Below the pieces are notes generated by a model, which did no database searches, was not told the DNA's origin, and saw only the letters and a program-made list of their open reading frames with translations. This document shows positions 9,733-20,003 of a DNA stretch of 64,000 nt, in pieces (the first letter of the stretch is position 1; every line of letters begins with the position of its first letter). Both the position numbers and the translations under genes were made by a program. The stretch spans positions 27,988 to 91,987 of the forward strand of contig CAJFUA010000076.1 of NCBI GenBank assembly GCA_904420085.1, written 5' to 3'. Source of the DNA: an uncultured Eubacterium sp. Its GTDB lineage: Bacteria > Bacillota > Clostridia > Lachnospirales > Lachnospiraceae.

Positions 9733-10872
9733 TTAGATGCCGAAGATTGCCATAAATGCACCGGCCGCAACCGCTGTACCGATAACACCTGCAACGTTTG
9801 GTCCCATGGCGTGCATCAAAAGGAAGTTGGTAGGATCAGCTTCCGCACCCACCTTCTGGGATACTCTGGCTGCCATAGGAACTGCCGATACACCGGCCGA
9901 GCCGATTAACGGATTCACCTTTCCTTTTGTGGCAATACACATTAATTTACCGAACAGTACGCCGGCTGCCGTACCAACTGCAAAAGCCACCAGACCTAAA
10001 ATAACAATATTAATCGTATTCACATTTAAGAATGCCTCTGCGGAAGTGGTAGCGCCTACACTGGTACCCAATAAAATAACTACAATATACATAAGCGCAT
10101 TGCTGGCTGTATCCGTCAGTTGTTTTACCACGCCTGATTCTCTAAATAAGTTACCTAACATAAGCATACCAACCAGTGGCGCCGTGGTAGGTAAAATCAT
10201 TACTACGACAATTGTAACAATAATAGGGAATAAAATCTTTTCTAACTTGGAGACAGGTCTGAGCTGTTCCATTTTGATTTTTCTTTCTTTCTTTGTTGTA
10301 AATAATTTCATAATTGGCGGCTGTATAATCGGCACTAACGCCATATACGAATAAGCTGCCACGGCAATTGGTCCCAGCAAGTCTGTCTGCCCTAATTTAC
10401 CTGCCAAAAAGATGGATGTAGGGCCGTCCGCACCACCGATAATGGATATGGCGGCTGCAGCCTTTCCTCCGAATCCCATAAATATTGCCAAAAAATATGC
10501 CGAATAAATACCAAACTGAGCCGCTGCACCCAGAAGAAAACTCTTTGGGTTGGCAATTAAAGGGCCAAAGTCTGTCATTGCTCCTACGCCCATAAAAATC
10601 AGGGAAGGCAGAATACTGTACTCATCTAAAATATAGAAATAATACAACAGTCCGCCTGCCTCGTCTCCTGCAGGAGCGTTCATAATATCCGGATACATGT
10701 TTACTAACAGCATACCAAAGGAAATCGGAAGTAAAAGTAATGGCTCATATTCCTTTTTGATTGCCAGATAAAGGAAAATACAAGCAACAACAATCATTAT
10801 GTAATTTCCTACTGTAAGATTGAAAAATGCTGTTTGATTAACCAGATTTCCCAATGTATCTAAGATGTTCAT
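9733..10872 (-). CDS. oadB: Na+-translocating decarboxylase beta subunit
   Basis: EPLLLLPI, GAMTDFGP, IIGGADGPT, GVSAVPMAAR, MGPNVAGVIG. Confidence 0.95.
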   Translation of the reverse strand: MNILDTLGNLVNQTAFFNLTVGNYIMIVVACIFLYLAIKKEYEPLLLLPISFGMLLVNMYPDIMNAPAGDEAGGLLYYFYILDEYSILPSLIFMGVGAMTDFGPLIANPKSFLLGAAAQFGIYSAYFLAIFMGFGGKAAAAISIIGGADGPTSIFLAGKLGQTDLLGPIAVAAYSYMALVPIIQPPIMKLFTTKKERKIKMEQLRPVSKLEKILFPIIVTIVVVMILPTTAPLVGMLMLGNLFRESGVVKQLTDTASNALMYIVVILLGTSVGATTSAEAFLNVNTINIVILGLVAFAVGTAAGVLFGKLMCIATKGKVNPLIGSAGVSAVPMAARVSQKVGAEADPTNFLLMHAMGPNVAGVIGTAVAAGAFMAIFGI

Positions 10873-10900
10873 TTGTTACCTCCAGTTCTGATTCATGCCA

Positions 10901-11260
10901 TTAGTTTAATGTTGCTATTACTGCGCCGGCTTCGAATGAATCACCTACGCCAAAAGCAATGCTTGCAACAGTTCCATCCTGCGGAGCAACCACGGAATTT
11001 TCCATTTTCATTGCCTCAAATACTAAAATTGTATCTCCTCTTTTTACTGCCTGTCCCGGATTTGCACTAATTGACAAAACTTTACCAGGCATAGGAGCCG
11101 TAACTTTCACACTTCCCTCACTACCATTTGCTGCCGGTGCCTTTGGTGCCGGAGCTGCCTTCGGTGCTGCCGGTTTTACCGGTGTGCTTGGTGTACTGCC
11201 TGTCTCTTCTACGGTAACATCATATACATTTCCATTCACTGTAATTGTATAATTCTTCAT
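10901..11260 (-). CDS. Biotin carboxyl carrier protein (MmdC-like)
   Basis: Pro/Ala linker plus EAMKMEN biotinylation motif. Confidence 0.93.
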   Translation of the reverse strand: MKNYTITVNGNVYDVTVEETGSTPSTPVKPAAPKAAPAPKAPAANGSEGSVKVTAPMPGKVLSISANPGQAVKRGDTILVFEAMKMENSVVAPQDGTVASIAFGVGDSFEAGAVIATLN

Positions 11261-11294
11261 GATTATTTCCTCCTAAAATATATACATAAGTAAT

Positions 11295-12134
11295 TTATCT
11301 TCTTCTGATTGAGCGGACAACAAAACTGTCTGTGGATGTATTCTCGCTGGCTGCAATTGCGGAAGCAATCACCGCTACCAGTTCCAAATCATCCGTCGGG
11401 CTTTCCGCTTCGCTGTCGGCAATGCCTGTATCTGCATTCTCCGGCACAATTTTGTCCGGCTCATTCTTTTTTCTGTTTTCTTTTGCTTCAATTAATTTCG
11501 GAATAAACTTAAAGCATGAGATTAAGACGCTGATAAATATCAATACGGCAAATACGGTTCCCATACCTAACAATGTATGTACTCCCGCCGATGCCATTTT
11601 TTCTCCAATGCTTCCATTGCTGGAATCCGGCAGACCAAATTCTACGGACGTAGGAACCGGACCTAACATATCAAATATGGTAATATGCATGGTCATCGTC
11701 AAATCTTTTTTTGAATAATGCAGTGTGGTCACGGCATCCACTGTTCCGTCTTCCTGCTCCTTAACTTCTATGTCATCAAAGTTTTCATAATCTCCACAAG
11801 GTTCTTCGCCCACAATTTTAGCAAAATTTTCAAACATATCTGTCTGGGCACTGTTCTGCTCTGCAATATAGTCTAACTCCTCTTTCGAGCAGTTTCCCAG
11901 TTGCCCTACTCCCTGTGTGACATAACTATTGAAAAATTCTTTTATCTGCGCCATTGTTATTTTACCGTTGGCATAAGTTTTCTGATCTTCCTCTGATAAA
12001 GTGGTTTCTTCCTGAACCAGCATATCATTCAAATCAATTGACTGATCCGCAAAGACAGAAACACTTGAAAACAAAAAGCACACAAGTAATGAAGCAAGAG
12101 AAATTACAAAACGAATTCTTTTCATCATCTTCAT
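11295..12134 (-). CDS. OadG/MmdD family subunit with large N-terminal extracytoplasmic domain
   Basis: Signal peptide, acidic domain, TM LLGMGTVFAVLIFIS, C-terminal LVAVIASAIAA...FVVRSIRRR. Confidence 0.82.
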   Translation of the reverse strand: MKMMKRIRFVISLASLLVCFLFSSVSVFADQSIDLNDMLVQEETTLSEEDQKTYANGKITMAQIKEFFNSYVTQGVGQLGNCSKEELDYIAEQNSAQTDMFENFAKIVGEEPCGDYENFDDIEVKEQEDGTVDAVTTLHYSKKDLTMTMHITIFDMLGPVPTSVEFGLPDSSNGSIGEKMASAGVHTLLGMGTVFAVLIFISVLISCFKFIPKLIEAKENRKKNEPDKIVPENADTGIADSEAESPTDDLELVAVIASAIAASENTSTDSFVVRSIRRR

Positions 12135-12143
12135 ATTCTCCTC

Positions 12144-13556
12144 CTACTGTCTTTTTGTATATAACATTTCAAATGCGGCGATTACATATTTTCTCACATC
12201 AGCCGGCTGGATTATGCTATCCACATAACCTCTAGATGCAGCTTTTGCAACATCTCCCTGCAGTGCCTGATATTCTGCTGTTTTTTCAGCAAGAACTCCT
12301 GCATCTTCTGCAATTTCATCTGCATACATGATTTTTACGGCGCTTTCCGCATCCATCATTCCAACCTTTGCATTCGGAAGGGCATATACCATATCTGCAC
12401 CAATGGATTTGCTGTTCATAGTAACATAAGCGCTGCCATAAGCTTCTCCAATTAAAACATTTACCTTTGGAACCGTAGCATTTGCAAATGCAAATGTTAA
12501 TTTTGCAGTATTTTTCGCACCATTCTTTTCCTGACATTTACATGTCTTAAATCCGTTGGTATTTGTCAGTGTAAGAACAGGAATGGAGAAATTGTCACAG
12601 AAAAACACAAACTCTGCCGCTTTGTCACAGCCTTTTGCCGTAAGTTTCGGTTCAAATTCCGCAACAACTGACATTTCCTCATCATATATCTTTGTTCTGT
12701 TTGCCACAACACCGACAGTCGCTCCATTTAATTTAATAAATGCAGTAAGCATCTCCGGTGCATAAGCGCTCTTTACTTCCACCACAAAACTATCATCAGA
12801 AACGCTTGCCAGTGCCAGCTTTGTATCTTCCAAACCGGACTCAAATCCTGTTGCTGCTCTATTCAAATCATCTGTGCAGTCAGCCACAACTTCATCTTCA
12901 AAATTGGAAGGTAAGATGGAAACCAGATTAATTATTCCTGAAATAATTTCTGTTTCCGTACCTGTAAAATCAACATTTCCTGCCTTTTCACTCTGGAATT
13001 GTGCAGAAGATGTATCACATACATCTTTGCGGTTTTCATCAATGGTGTTTGGTGAATTTACAAACAACGCTGCCTTTTCACTTTCCATAAATGTAAAATC
13101 AGAAAGATTTGCCATGACACTTAAACCGCCTCCACAATTTCCAAAAATAGCGGTAATTGTAGGGATGACTCCTGAAGCTTCTGTCTGTTTCATGTAAATC
13201 TGACCAAATGCCTCAAGTCCGTCTACGGATTCCTGTAGTCTTAAACCGGTACTGTCTACCAGTCCGATAACGGGAGCTCCCATTTTTAAAGCCATGTCAT
13301 AAATATTTACAATTTTTTTAGCATGCATCTCACCTACGGAGCCACCAAGCACTGATGAATCCTGGCTAAACACATAAACTAATCTTCCATTAATCAATCC
13401 ATATCCGGTAATTACACCGTCCGATGGAGTATCCATGGACTTCATGTTAAAATCCGTACTTCTCGCCGTAACGGAAGCACCAATCTCAACAAAACTGTTT
13501 TCATCAAGAAGAGATTCAATTCTCGCTCTTGCTGAAGTCTTAGCTGATGTACTCAT
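12144..13556 (-). CDS. Acyl-CoA carboxyltransferase (MmdA/PccB/12S-like), divergent
   Basis: ARARIESLLDENSFVE, DGVITGYG, GGSVGEMHAKKI, ASGVIP, AYGSAY. Confidence 0.87.
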   Translation of the reverse strand: MSTSAKTSARARIESLLDENSFVEIGASVTARSTDFNMKSMDTPSDGVITGYGLINGRLVYVFSQDSSVLGGSVGEMHAKKIVNIYDMALKMGAPVIGLVDSTGLRLQESVDGLEAFGQIYMKQTEASGVIPTITAIFGNCGGGLSVMANLSDFTFMESEKAALFVNSPNTIDENRKDVCDTSSAQFQSEKAGNVDFTGTETEIISGIINLVSILPSNFEDEVVADCTDDLNRAATGFESGLEDTKLALASVSDDSFVVEVKSAYAPEMLTAFIKLNGATVGVVANRTKIYDEEMSVVAEFEPKLTAKGCDKAAEFVFFCDNFSIPVLTLTNTNGFKTCKCQEKNGAKNTAKLTFAFANATVPKVNVLIGEAYGSAYVTMNSKSIGADMVYALPNAKVGMMDAESAVKIMYADEIAEDAGVLAEKTAEYQALQGDVAKAASRGYVDSIIQPADVRKYVIAAFEMLYTKRQ

Positions 13557-13746
13557 TTTCAGTCTCCTCCATTATATATTCATAAAGTTTTACATAGCAA
13601 AAGCCACTGGCAGTATCATATTACCACCATTGGCTTTATCGGTGCTTGTATATAACAACCACTTTTTCGCCTTTTATAGATTAACGCTTTTCCTGTCAAA
13701 TAGCAAGTTATTTTTCAAAGAAATAATCGTATAAAAGTTAATTTTT

Positions 13747-15630
13747 TTATGCAGTTCTGATTCTATTTTTAATCCACTCACTGTTGATTGGCTGAAAGTT
13801 CTCTGTCTCAAAGTATACATGATACCAGATAAGAAAGACATATACCGTCCAGATACGTCTGCTGTTGTCTGCCTTTCCCGCTTTATGCTCCTCCATCAGT
13901 TTTACCAAAATGTCTGTGTTAAAAAACTTTTTGGCGGCGTCAGACGTTAACGTCTTCATGACTCTGTCAAAATATTTATCTTCTTTTAACCACACTCTAA
14001 TCGGCACCGGAAATCCCAATTTTTTCTTATTTGCCGTCTTCTCCGGAATGTGTCTCTTTGCCGCAATTCGAAAAGCTCTCTTGGTGGCTTCTTCATTGCA
14101 CCGGAACTCTATAGGCAGTGTCTTTGCATATCGAAACACTTCCACATCAAGGAACGGAACTCTGGATTCCAGACAGTGCGCCATACTCATCTTATCTGCT
14201 TTCAGCAGAATATCTCCCTGCAGCCAGAAATTGGTGTCAATATACTGCATCTTTGCAATATCGTTTAAATGGGATACCTTATCATAAGTTGTGGAAACTA
14301 CCTCCTGCGGACTCATGTGGGTTAGTTCTGTTTTCAGTAGTTTTTCCCTGTCTTTCACAGAAAACATATTGGCATTTCCAATGAAACGCTCCTCAACGGT
14401 TTTACTTCCCCTGATAATAAAGTCCCTTCCCTTCACATCCGGCATTACACCGGCAATCTTTGCCAGTCCTTTTCTGATACATTTTGGAATTTTCTGATAA
14501 CCTTTTAGTGACAACGGTTCGTGATAAATGTTGTATCCGCCGAAAAACTCATCAGCGCCCTCTCCCGACAGTACCACTTTAATCTGCTCTGCGGCAAGTT
14601 GGTCCACAAAATAGAGAGCAATACAGGACGGATCTGCCAAAGGTTCATCCATATAATACATCACGCTGGCAATGGAATCGAAATATTCGTCACTGTCAAT
14701 ATTCTTGCTGAAATTCTTTTTCCCCAGCTCTTCCACCAGTCCTTCGGCATATCGGATCTCGTTATATTGACTTTGTTTATCCAAAAAACCTACGGTAAAG
14801 GTCTTCTCACCCGGAAACTCGGATACAACATAACTGGAATCCACACCGCTGGATAAAAGAGAACCTACTTCCACATCGGCAATCATGTGTGCATCTACCG
14901 TATCATGAACGACTTCTTCTATCTCTGAAACTGTCTGCTCCAAATCGCCGGTTTCTTTCGGTTCCATCATCGGATCGAAATACCGCTCAATCTGCATTTT
15001 TCCGTCTTTTAACAGAATATAATGAGCTGCCGGAAGTTTATATACCCCTTTGAAAAAGGTCTCCGGCAACACGGAATACTGAAAACTTAAATACTGTTCC
15101 AGTGCAGCCACATTCACTTTTTTCTCAAATCCCGGAAACTCCAAAATCCCTTTAATTTCCGAAGAAAATACAAAAGTATTATTCACTTCTGAATAATAAA
15201 ATGGTTTTATGCCGAAATGATCTCTGGCGCCAAACATGGTTTTATTTTTGCTGTCCCATATGACAAATGCAAACATCCCCCGAAGCTTTGACAACATATC
15301 CGTTCCATATTCTTCATAGGCATGAATCAGACATTCTGTATCGGATTCATTGGCAAATACATGCCCCTTTTCTATTAATTCTTTTCTAATTTCAAGATGA
15401 TTATAAATTTCACCGTTAAATACAATGGCAATGTCCCCTGTCTCATTATACATAGGCTGGGCACCATGGCTCAAATCAATAATGCTAAGCCTTCTGTGTC
15501 CGATGGCAGCCTGTTCATCTACATACATTCCTTCATCATCCGGACCCCGGTGGGCGATTTTGTCCATCATCTTCTTTAATACCGTTTTACTATCCTCTAC
15601 TTCGCCTATAAAGCCACAAATTCCACACAT
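13747..15630 (-). CDS. asnB: Asparagine synthase (glutamine-hydrolysing) family amidotransferase
   Basis: N-terminal MCGI, HRGPD, HRRLSIID, NGEIYN, LSSGVDSS, SGEGADE, RVPFLD, KLGF. Confidence 0.95.
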   Translation of the reverse strand: MCGICGFIGEVEDSKTVLKKMMDKIAHRGPDDEGMYVDEQAAIGHRRLSIIDLSHGAQPMYNETGDIAIVFNGEIYNHLEIRKELIEKGHVFANESDTECLIHAYEEYGTDMLSKLRGMFAFVIWDSKNKTMFGARDHFGIKPFYYSEVNNTFVFSSEIKGILEFPGFEKKVNVAALEQYLSFQYSVLPETFFKGVYKLPAAHYILLKDGKMQIERYFDPMMEPKETGDLEQTVSEIEEVVHDTVDAHMIADVEVGSLLSSGVDSSYVVSEFPGEKTFTVGFLDKQSQYNEIRYAEGLVEELGKKNFSKNIDSDEYFDSIASVMYYMDEPLADPSCIALYFVDQLAAEQIKVVLSGEGADEFFGGYNIYHEPLSLKGYQKIPKCIRKGLAKIAGVMPDVKGRDFIIRGSKTVEERFIGNANMFSVKDREKLLKTELTHMSPQEVVSTTYDKVSHLNDIAKMQYIDTNFWLQGDILLKADKMSMAHCLESRVPFLDVEVFRYAKTLPIEFRCNEEATKRAFRIAAKRHIPEKTANKKKLGFPVPIRVWLKEDKYFDRVMKTLTSDAAKKFFNTDILVKLMEEHKAGKADNSRRIWTVYVFLIWYHVYFETENFQPINSEWIKNRIRTA

Positions 15631-15652
15631 AATCATTTCTCTCTTTCATTGG

Positions 15653-17128
15653 TTATAATACTGCTTTTACTTCTTCTTCCTGAATAATTTCTTCAATCAA
15701 TACACGCTCATCCATCGGGTGTTTCACGCCTTTGATTTCCTGATAATCTTCATGCCCTTTTCCTGCCAGAACAATCACATCTCCATCTTCTGCGTGAAGA
15801 ATGGCATATCTGATGGCATCTTTTCTGTCAGGCACCGTCACATATGCTCCGTCCGCTTTTGCAACACCGGTTAAAATATCATTGATAATATCCATTGGTT
15901 CTTCAAACCGGGGATTATCGGATGTGACAATGGTCAGGTCTGCCAGTTTTGAAGAAACTTCTCCCATCTCAAACCTTCTGTCTCTGGAACGGTTGCCGCC
16001 ACATCCAAACAGGGCAACCAGACGTTTTGGGTGGTACTCTTTCAAACTGGTCAGCAGACTTTCCAGACTCATTGCATTATGGGCATAGTCAATCATCAGT
16101 GTAAATCTTTGTGAAACAGGAATGATTTCCACTCTTCCTTTCACTTTTACGTCCAATAATGCCTGACGGATAACTTCTGTATTCTTTGTAAAATGACTGC
16201 AGATGGCAATGGCGCAAAGAGAATTGTATACGCTGAACGTTCCCGGAACATGTATCTCTACCGGAAAATTCAGTTTTCCTGTCAATTGGTAAGCCACACA
16301 CAAACATCCCGGCTTTGTGAACAACTGAATATCGGATGCCTTAAAATCATAATCACCCTTTACTCCATATGTTTCAACATCACAGGTATGACCTTCCAGT
16401 ACCTCATCAATATAATCTGCATCCATATTAATTATTCCATGTCTGCATTGTTTTAACAACATACTTTTACATTTCAGATAATCGTCAAAATCTTTATGCT
16501 CATTTGGTCCGATATGATCCGGTTCAATATTGGTAAATATTCCATAATCAAAAACGAACCCTGATACCCTGTGAAGCATCAGTCCCTGAGAAGAAACTTC
16601 CATAACTACGCACTGACAGCCTTCTTTTACCATTTTCGCAAAAGTTTCCTGTACAATGTACGATTCCGGCGTTGTGTTTTTTGACGGAATCACTTCGTCA
16701 CCAATGATGGTTTCTATGGTTCCTATCAGTCCTGTCTTAATTCCCACACGCTCCAAAACCTGACGGACCATGTAGGTGGTAGTGGTCTTTCCTTTTGTCC
16801 CTGTAATTCCGATAGTGGTAAGTTTTTCTGCCGGATAATCAAAGTAAGCTGCCGACATGCAGGCCAGCGCATATCTTGTATTTTTAACTAAAATCACAGT
16901 CACTCCTTCAGGTACTGTAACTTCCTCCATAACTATAATTGCCGCAGCTCCCTTTTGCGTCACATCTGTCACAAATTCATGTCCGTCAAAACCTGCACCC
17001 TGAATGCAGACAAAAACATCGCCTTTTTCCACTTTTCTGGAATCGTTCTGTAAATGGTTGATTTCTACTGCATCATCTCCGGACACAACCTGATACTCCA
17101 GTTTTTCCAATAACTTCTTCAAAATCAT
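15653..17128 (-). CDS. murE: UDP-MurNAc-Ala-Glu--meso-DAP ligase
   Basis: GITGTKGKTT, MEVSS, DYAH, DNPR (mDAP-type), AGKGHE. Confidence 0.95.
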   Translation of the reverse strand: MILKKLLEKLEYQVVSGDDAVEINHLQNDSRKVEKGDVFVCIQGAGFDGHEFVTDVTQKGAAAIIVMEEVTVPEGVTVILVKNTRYALACMSAAYFDYPAEKLTTIGITGTKGKTTTTYMVRQVLERVGIKTGLIGTIETIIGDEVIPSKNTTPESYIVQETFAKMVKEGCQCVVMEVSSQGLMLHRVSGFVFDYGIFTNIEPDHIGPNEHKDFDDYLKCKSMLLKQCRHGIINMDADYIDEVLEGHTCDVETYGVKGDYDFKASDIQLFTKPGCLCVAYQLTGKLNFPVEIHVPGTFSVYNSLCAIAICSHFTKNTEVIRQALLDVKVKGRVEIIPVSQRFTLMIDYAHNAMSLESLLTSLKEYHPKRLVALFGCGGNRSRDRRFEMGEVSSKLADLTIVTSDNPRFEEPMDIINDILTGVAKADGAYVTVPDRKDAIRYAILHAEDGDVIVLAGKGHEDYQEIKGVKHPMDERVLIEEIIQEEEVKAVL

Positions 17129-17170
17129 ATACTCACACTTTCCATTTCAAACAAACTTCTGTATTTCGTT

Positions 17171-18007
17171 TCATCCCACATCAATATTTCCGGTAAAGGA
17201 AACTCTTGCCGGGCCTGTCATATATACTGTATTTTCTTCTTCATCATACTCAATAAATAAATCTCCACCTAATAATTTTACCGTAACCTGATTCTCCGTA
17301 AGATGATTTAGCACACAGGCAACCACACTGGCACATGCCCCGGTTCCACATGCTAATGTTTCTCCCGAGCCACGCTCCCACACCCGCATCTTAATTGTAT
17401 TTTTATCCACAATCTGAATAAACTCCGTATTCACTCTGTCCGGGAAAATAGAAAGCTTTTCAAACTTGGGACCGATATGCTCAATATCCAGACTGTCCGT
17501 ATCATCAATAAATGTTACGGCATGGGGGTTTCCCATGGAAACACAGGTAATCTGATACTCTTTACCATCGACAGTGACCGGTTCATCAATGACTTTTTCT
17601 TTATCCCACAATACCGGGATATTTTCTGCCTCAAGAATTGGACTTCCCATATTGACCCGGACAGTTTTTACTTTATCATCCTCTACATTTAAAACCAGTG
17701 TTTTGATTCCTGATAATGTCTCCACCGTAATGGTGGTTTTATCGGTCATTTTGTTGTCATAAACATACTTTGCCACACAGCGGATGCCATTGCCGCACAT
17801 TTTTCCTTCCGAACCGTCTGCATTATACATATTCATGCGAAAATCAGCCTTGTCAGACGGATTAATTACAATCAGACCGTCGGAACCAATTCCGAAATTT
17901 CTGTTACTCACAATTTCTGATAATTTATTTGGATTTTTAATCTGATTTGTAAATCCATTGATATATACATAGTCGTTTCCACAACCTTCCATTTTCGTAA
18001 ATTCCAT
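17171..18007 (-). CDS. dapF: Diaminopimelate epimerase
   Basis: FTKMEGCGND, MCGNGIRC, GNPH, ERGSGETLACGTG. Confidence 0.97.
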   Translation of the reverse strand: MEFTKMEGCGNDYVYINGFTNQIKNPNKLSEIVSNRNFGIGSDGLIVINPSDKADFRMNMYNADGSEGKMCGNGIRCVAKYVYDNKMTDKTTITVETLSGIKTLVLNVEDDKVKTVRVNMGSPILEAENIPVLWDKEKVIDEPVTVDGKEYQITCVSMGNPHAVTFIDDTDSLDIEHIGPKFEKLSIFPDRVNTEFIQIVDKNTIKMRVWERGSGETLACGTGACASVVACVLNHLTENQVTVKLLGGDLFIEYDEEENTVYMTGPARVSFTGNIDVG

Positions 18008-18091
18008 ATTGCCTCCTCGTAAAATATTCGGTATAAATATATCATAATTAATACGATAAATAAAGTAATTATTCTAAGGTATGACCACCTG

Positions 18092-19234
18092 TTACTGCAG
18101 AATAAACCAGTTAAAAACTTTATTTAGGCAATACTGAAAGTTAAATTCTTCCACTGATTCTTTTGCCACAATATTTCTTGTCTGAACCTTTTGATGATTG
18201 ATATACACATCTACCGTTCCGATTTTCTGATTTTTTTTAATTGGATATTCGTAATGGAGATTGGTTTTAAAATCGGAATTGTCGTTTTTATTCATTAAAT
18301 ATTTACTGTTTCCCACAACAGAGGCCTGAATGCTTTTCTTCGTTCCCCCTTCCGTCTTTATACGGATGGTCTTATTTTTTTCCAACAGATTCTTATAATG
18401 ATAATTTTCTTTTCCGTAATTCATCAGGCACAATGTGTCTTTCCACTTGTAAGATTTATTCGGCGGCCATCCGCAGGCCAGCACACAGCTTACAAATATC
18501 CTCCCCTGATTTTTTACTGCTCCCACAAAACAATAACCTGCCTCTCCGGTAAATCCGGTCTTGATCCCGACTGCGCTCTGATCCATTGTGAGAAAAGCAT
18601 CTCTGTTTATCACATGAATATTTCTTTTATTTTCCACATCTGTCAAATCATAGGACTTTGTGTTGGTTATCTCCAAAAATTGATTATTTTGAATGGCATA
18701 AGCTCCAATTAACGCCATGTCATAAGCTGTGGAATAATGATTTTCTGCGTCCAGACCGTTTGGCGTTACAAAGTTGGTATGAACGGCTCCGATTTTTTTT
18801 GCCTTCTGATTCATCAGCTTTGCAAAACCTTCCACACTGCCTGCCACACCTTCTGCCACTGCCACTGCCACATCATTATAGGATTCCAGCATCATGGCAT
18901 ACAGCAGGTCTTTCATATAATATTTTTCCCCTTTTTTTATATTCATATGTACTTTTGGCATAGATGCGGCTTCCCCGGACACTTCTACCACCTGATCCAT
19001 TCTGCAATTTTCTAATGCAATAATACAGGTCATAATTTTTGTGGTGCTTGCCATTGCCCTCTTCTGCTCATAGTTTTTTCCGTACAAAACTCTTCCTGTC
19101 TTTCCATCAATAATCACCGCAGATTTTGCTATCAGATCGCTGTCTTTTATTTCATCCTTTTCTTTCCCCGATACATGTAACGTACTTGTCATAACAAGTA
19201 TAAAACACAAAATACGTACAAAATATTTTTTCAT
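18092..19234 (-). CDS. dacB: D-alanyl-D-alanine carboxypeptidase (peptidase S11, DacB-like)
   Basis: Signal peptide; ASTTK, SYND, KTG motifs; symbol assigned from position next to scpB. Confidence 0.8.
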   Translation of the reverse strand: MKKYFVRILCFILVMTSTLHVSGKEKDEIKDSDLIAKSAVIIDGKTGRVLYGKNYEQKRAMASTTKIMTCIIALENCRMDQVVEVSGEAASMPKVHMNIKKGEKYYMKDLLYAMMLESYNDVAVAVAEGVAGSVEGFAKLMNQKAKKIGAVHTNFVTPNGLDAENHYSTAYDMALIGAYAIQNNQFLEITNTKSYDLTDVENKRNIHVINRDAFLTMDQSAVGIKTGFTGEAGYCFVGAVKNQGRIFVSCVLACGWPPNKSYKWKDTLCLMNYGKENYHYKNLLEKNKTIRIKTEGGTKKSIQASVVGNSKYLMNKNDNSDFKTNLHYEYPIKKNQKIGTVDVYINHQKVQTRNIVAKESVEEFNFQYCLNKVFNWFILQ

Positions 19235-19260
19235 AATTCCACCGAAAAATTAATCTATAA

Positions 19261-19288
19261 AATATATGATTTTACCGGATATATAATA
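19261..19288 (-). promoter_or_regulatory. Possible sigma-E-type promoter for dacB
   Basis: Minus strand TATTATATATCCGGTAAAATCATATATT resembles the ATA...CATAnnnT sigE consensus. Confidence 0.35.
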
Positions 19289-19429
19289 CTAAAAACAGCA
19301 GTATGTTCACAAATTTTAACAACTTTATGCACTGCCATCCCATATATTCTGATTTTCACAACAAAAAAGCAAGTAACCTTTTTCTCCTGTATACACAATA
19401 CATGGAAACATGTCACTTGCTCTTATTTA

Positions 19430-19996
19430 CTAATCATTGGACTTTAATGTCACCTCGTCCTCCGCCTCATGTTTAAATTCCTCTATCATATCCGGCGTTA
19501 TGACCGGCAGTGTATCTGATGACTCTACACCAAATCTCCTTAAAAATTCTTCGGTAGTGCCAAATAAAAGAGGTCTTCCCGGTGTATCCAGACGTCCCAC
19601 TTCTTCCACCAGCATATATTCCACCAGCTTATTTACGGCAAAATCTGATTTAACTCCGCGAATCCGCTCTATTTCTGATTTTGTAATAGGCTGCTTGTAT
19701 GCAATGATGGAGAGGGTTTCCATTAAAACATCCGTAAGTACCTGACGTTTCGGCTGCTTGGCAATCTTAATTAACGTCTCGTACATTTCCGGTTTACTGC
19801 ACATCTGATAGGCATTTTCCAGTTCGATAATTTTAATTCCTCTATCTTCACTTTCCAGTTCTTTCTGCATTTCTTTTACAATTTTCTTTACCTGGCCGGG
19901 TTTCATTTCCAATGCATTTGCTATTTTGCTTACTTCTACCGATTCTCCCATTGTAAAGAGAATCGCTTCTATTTGCGCTTTATAATTATTCTCCAT
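19430..19996 (-). CDS. scpB: Segregation and condensation protein B
   Basis: IEAILF, ETLSIIAYKQPIT, IRGV, PGRPLLFGTT. Confidence 0.96.
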   Translation of the reverse strand: MENNYKAQIEAILFTMGESVEVSKIANALEMKPGQVKKIVKEMQKELESEDRGIKIIELENAYQMCSKPEMYETLIKIAKQPKRQVLTDVLMETLSIIAYKQPITKSEIERIRGVKSDFAVNKLVEYMLVEEVGRLDTPGRPLLFGTTEEFLRRFGVESSDTLPVITPDMIEEFKHEAEDEVTLKSND

Positions 19997-20003
19997 AATT
20001 CCT

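Noticed and set aside
9737-10354. 205-aa plus-strand ORF and many similar antisense ORFs (e.g. 4118-4435, 13865-14287, 54189-54677, 63048-63539)
   Set aside because: Antisense shadows of well-conserved genes, without RBS or recognisable motifs
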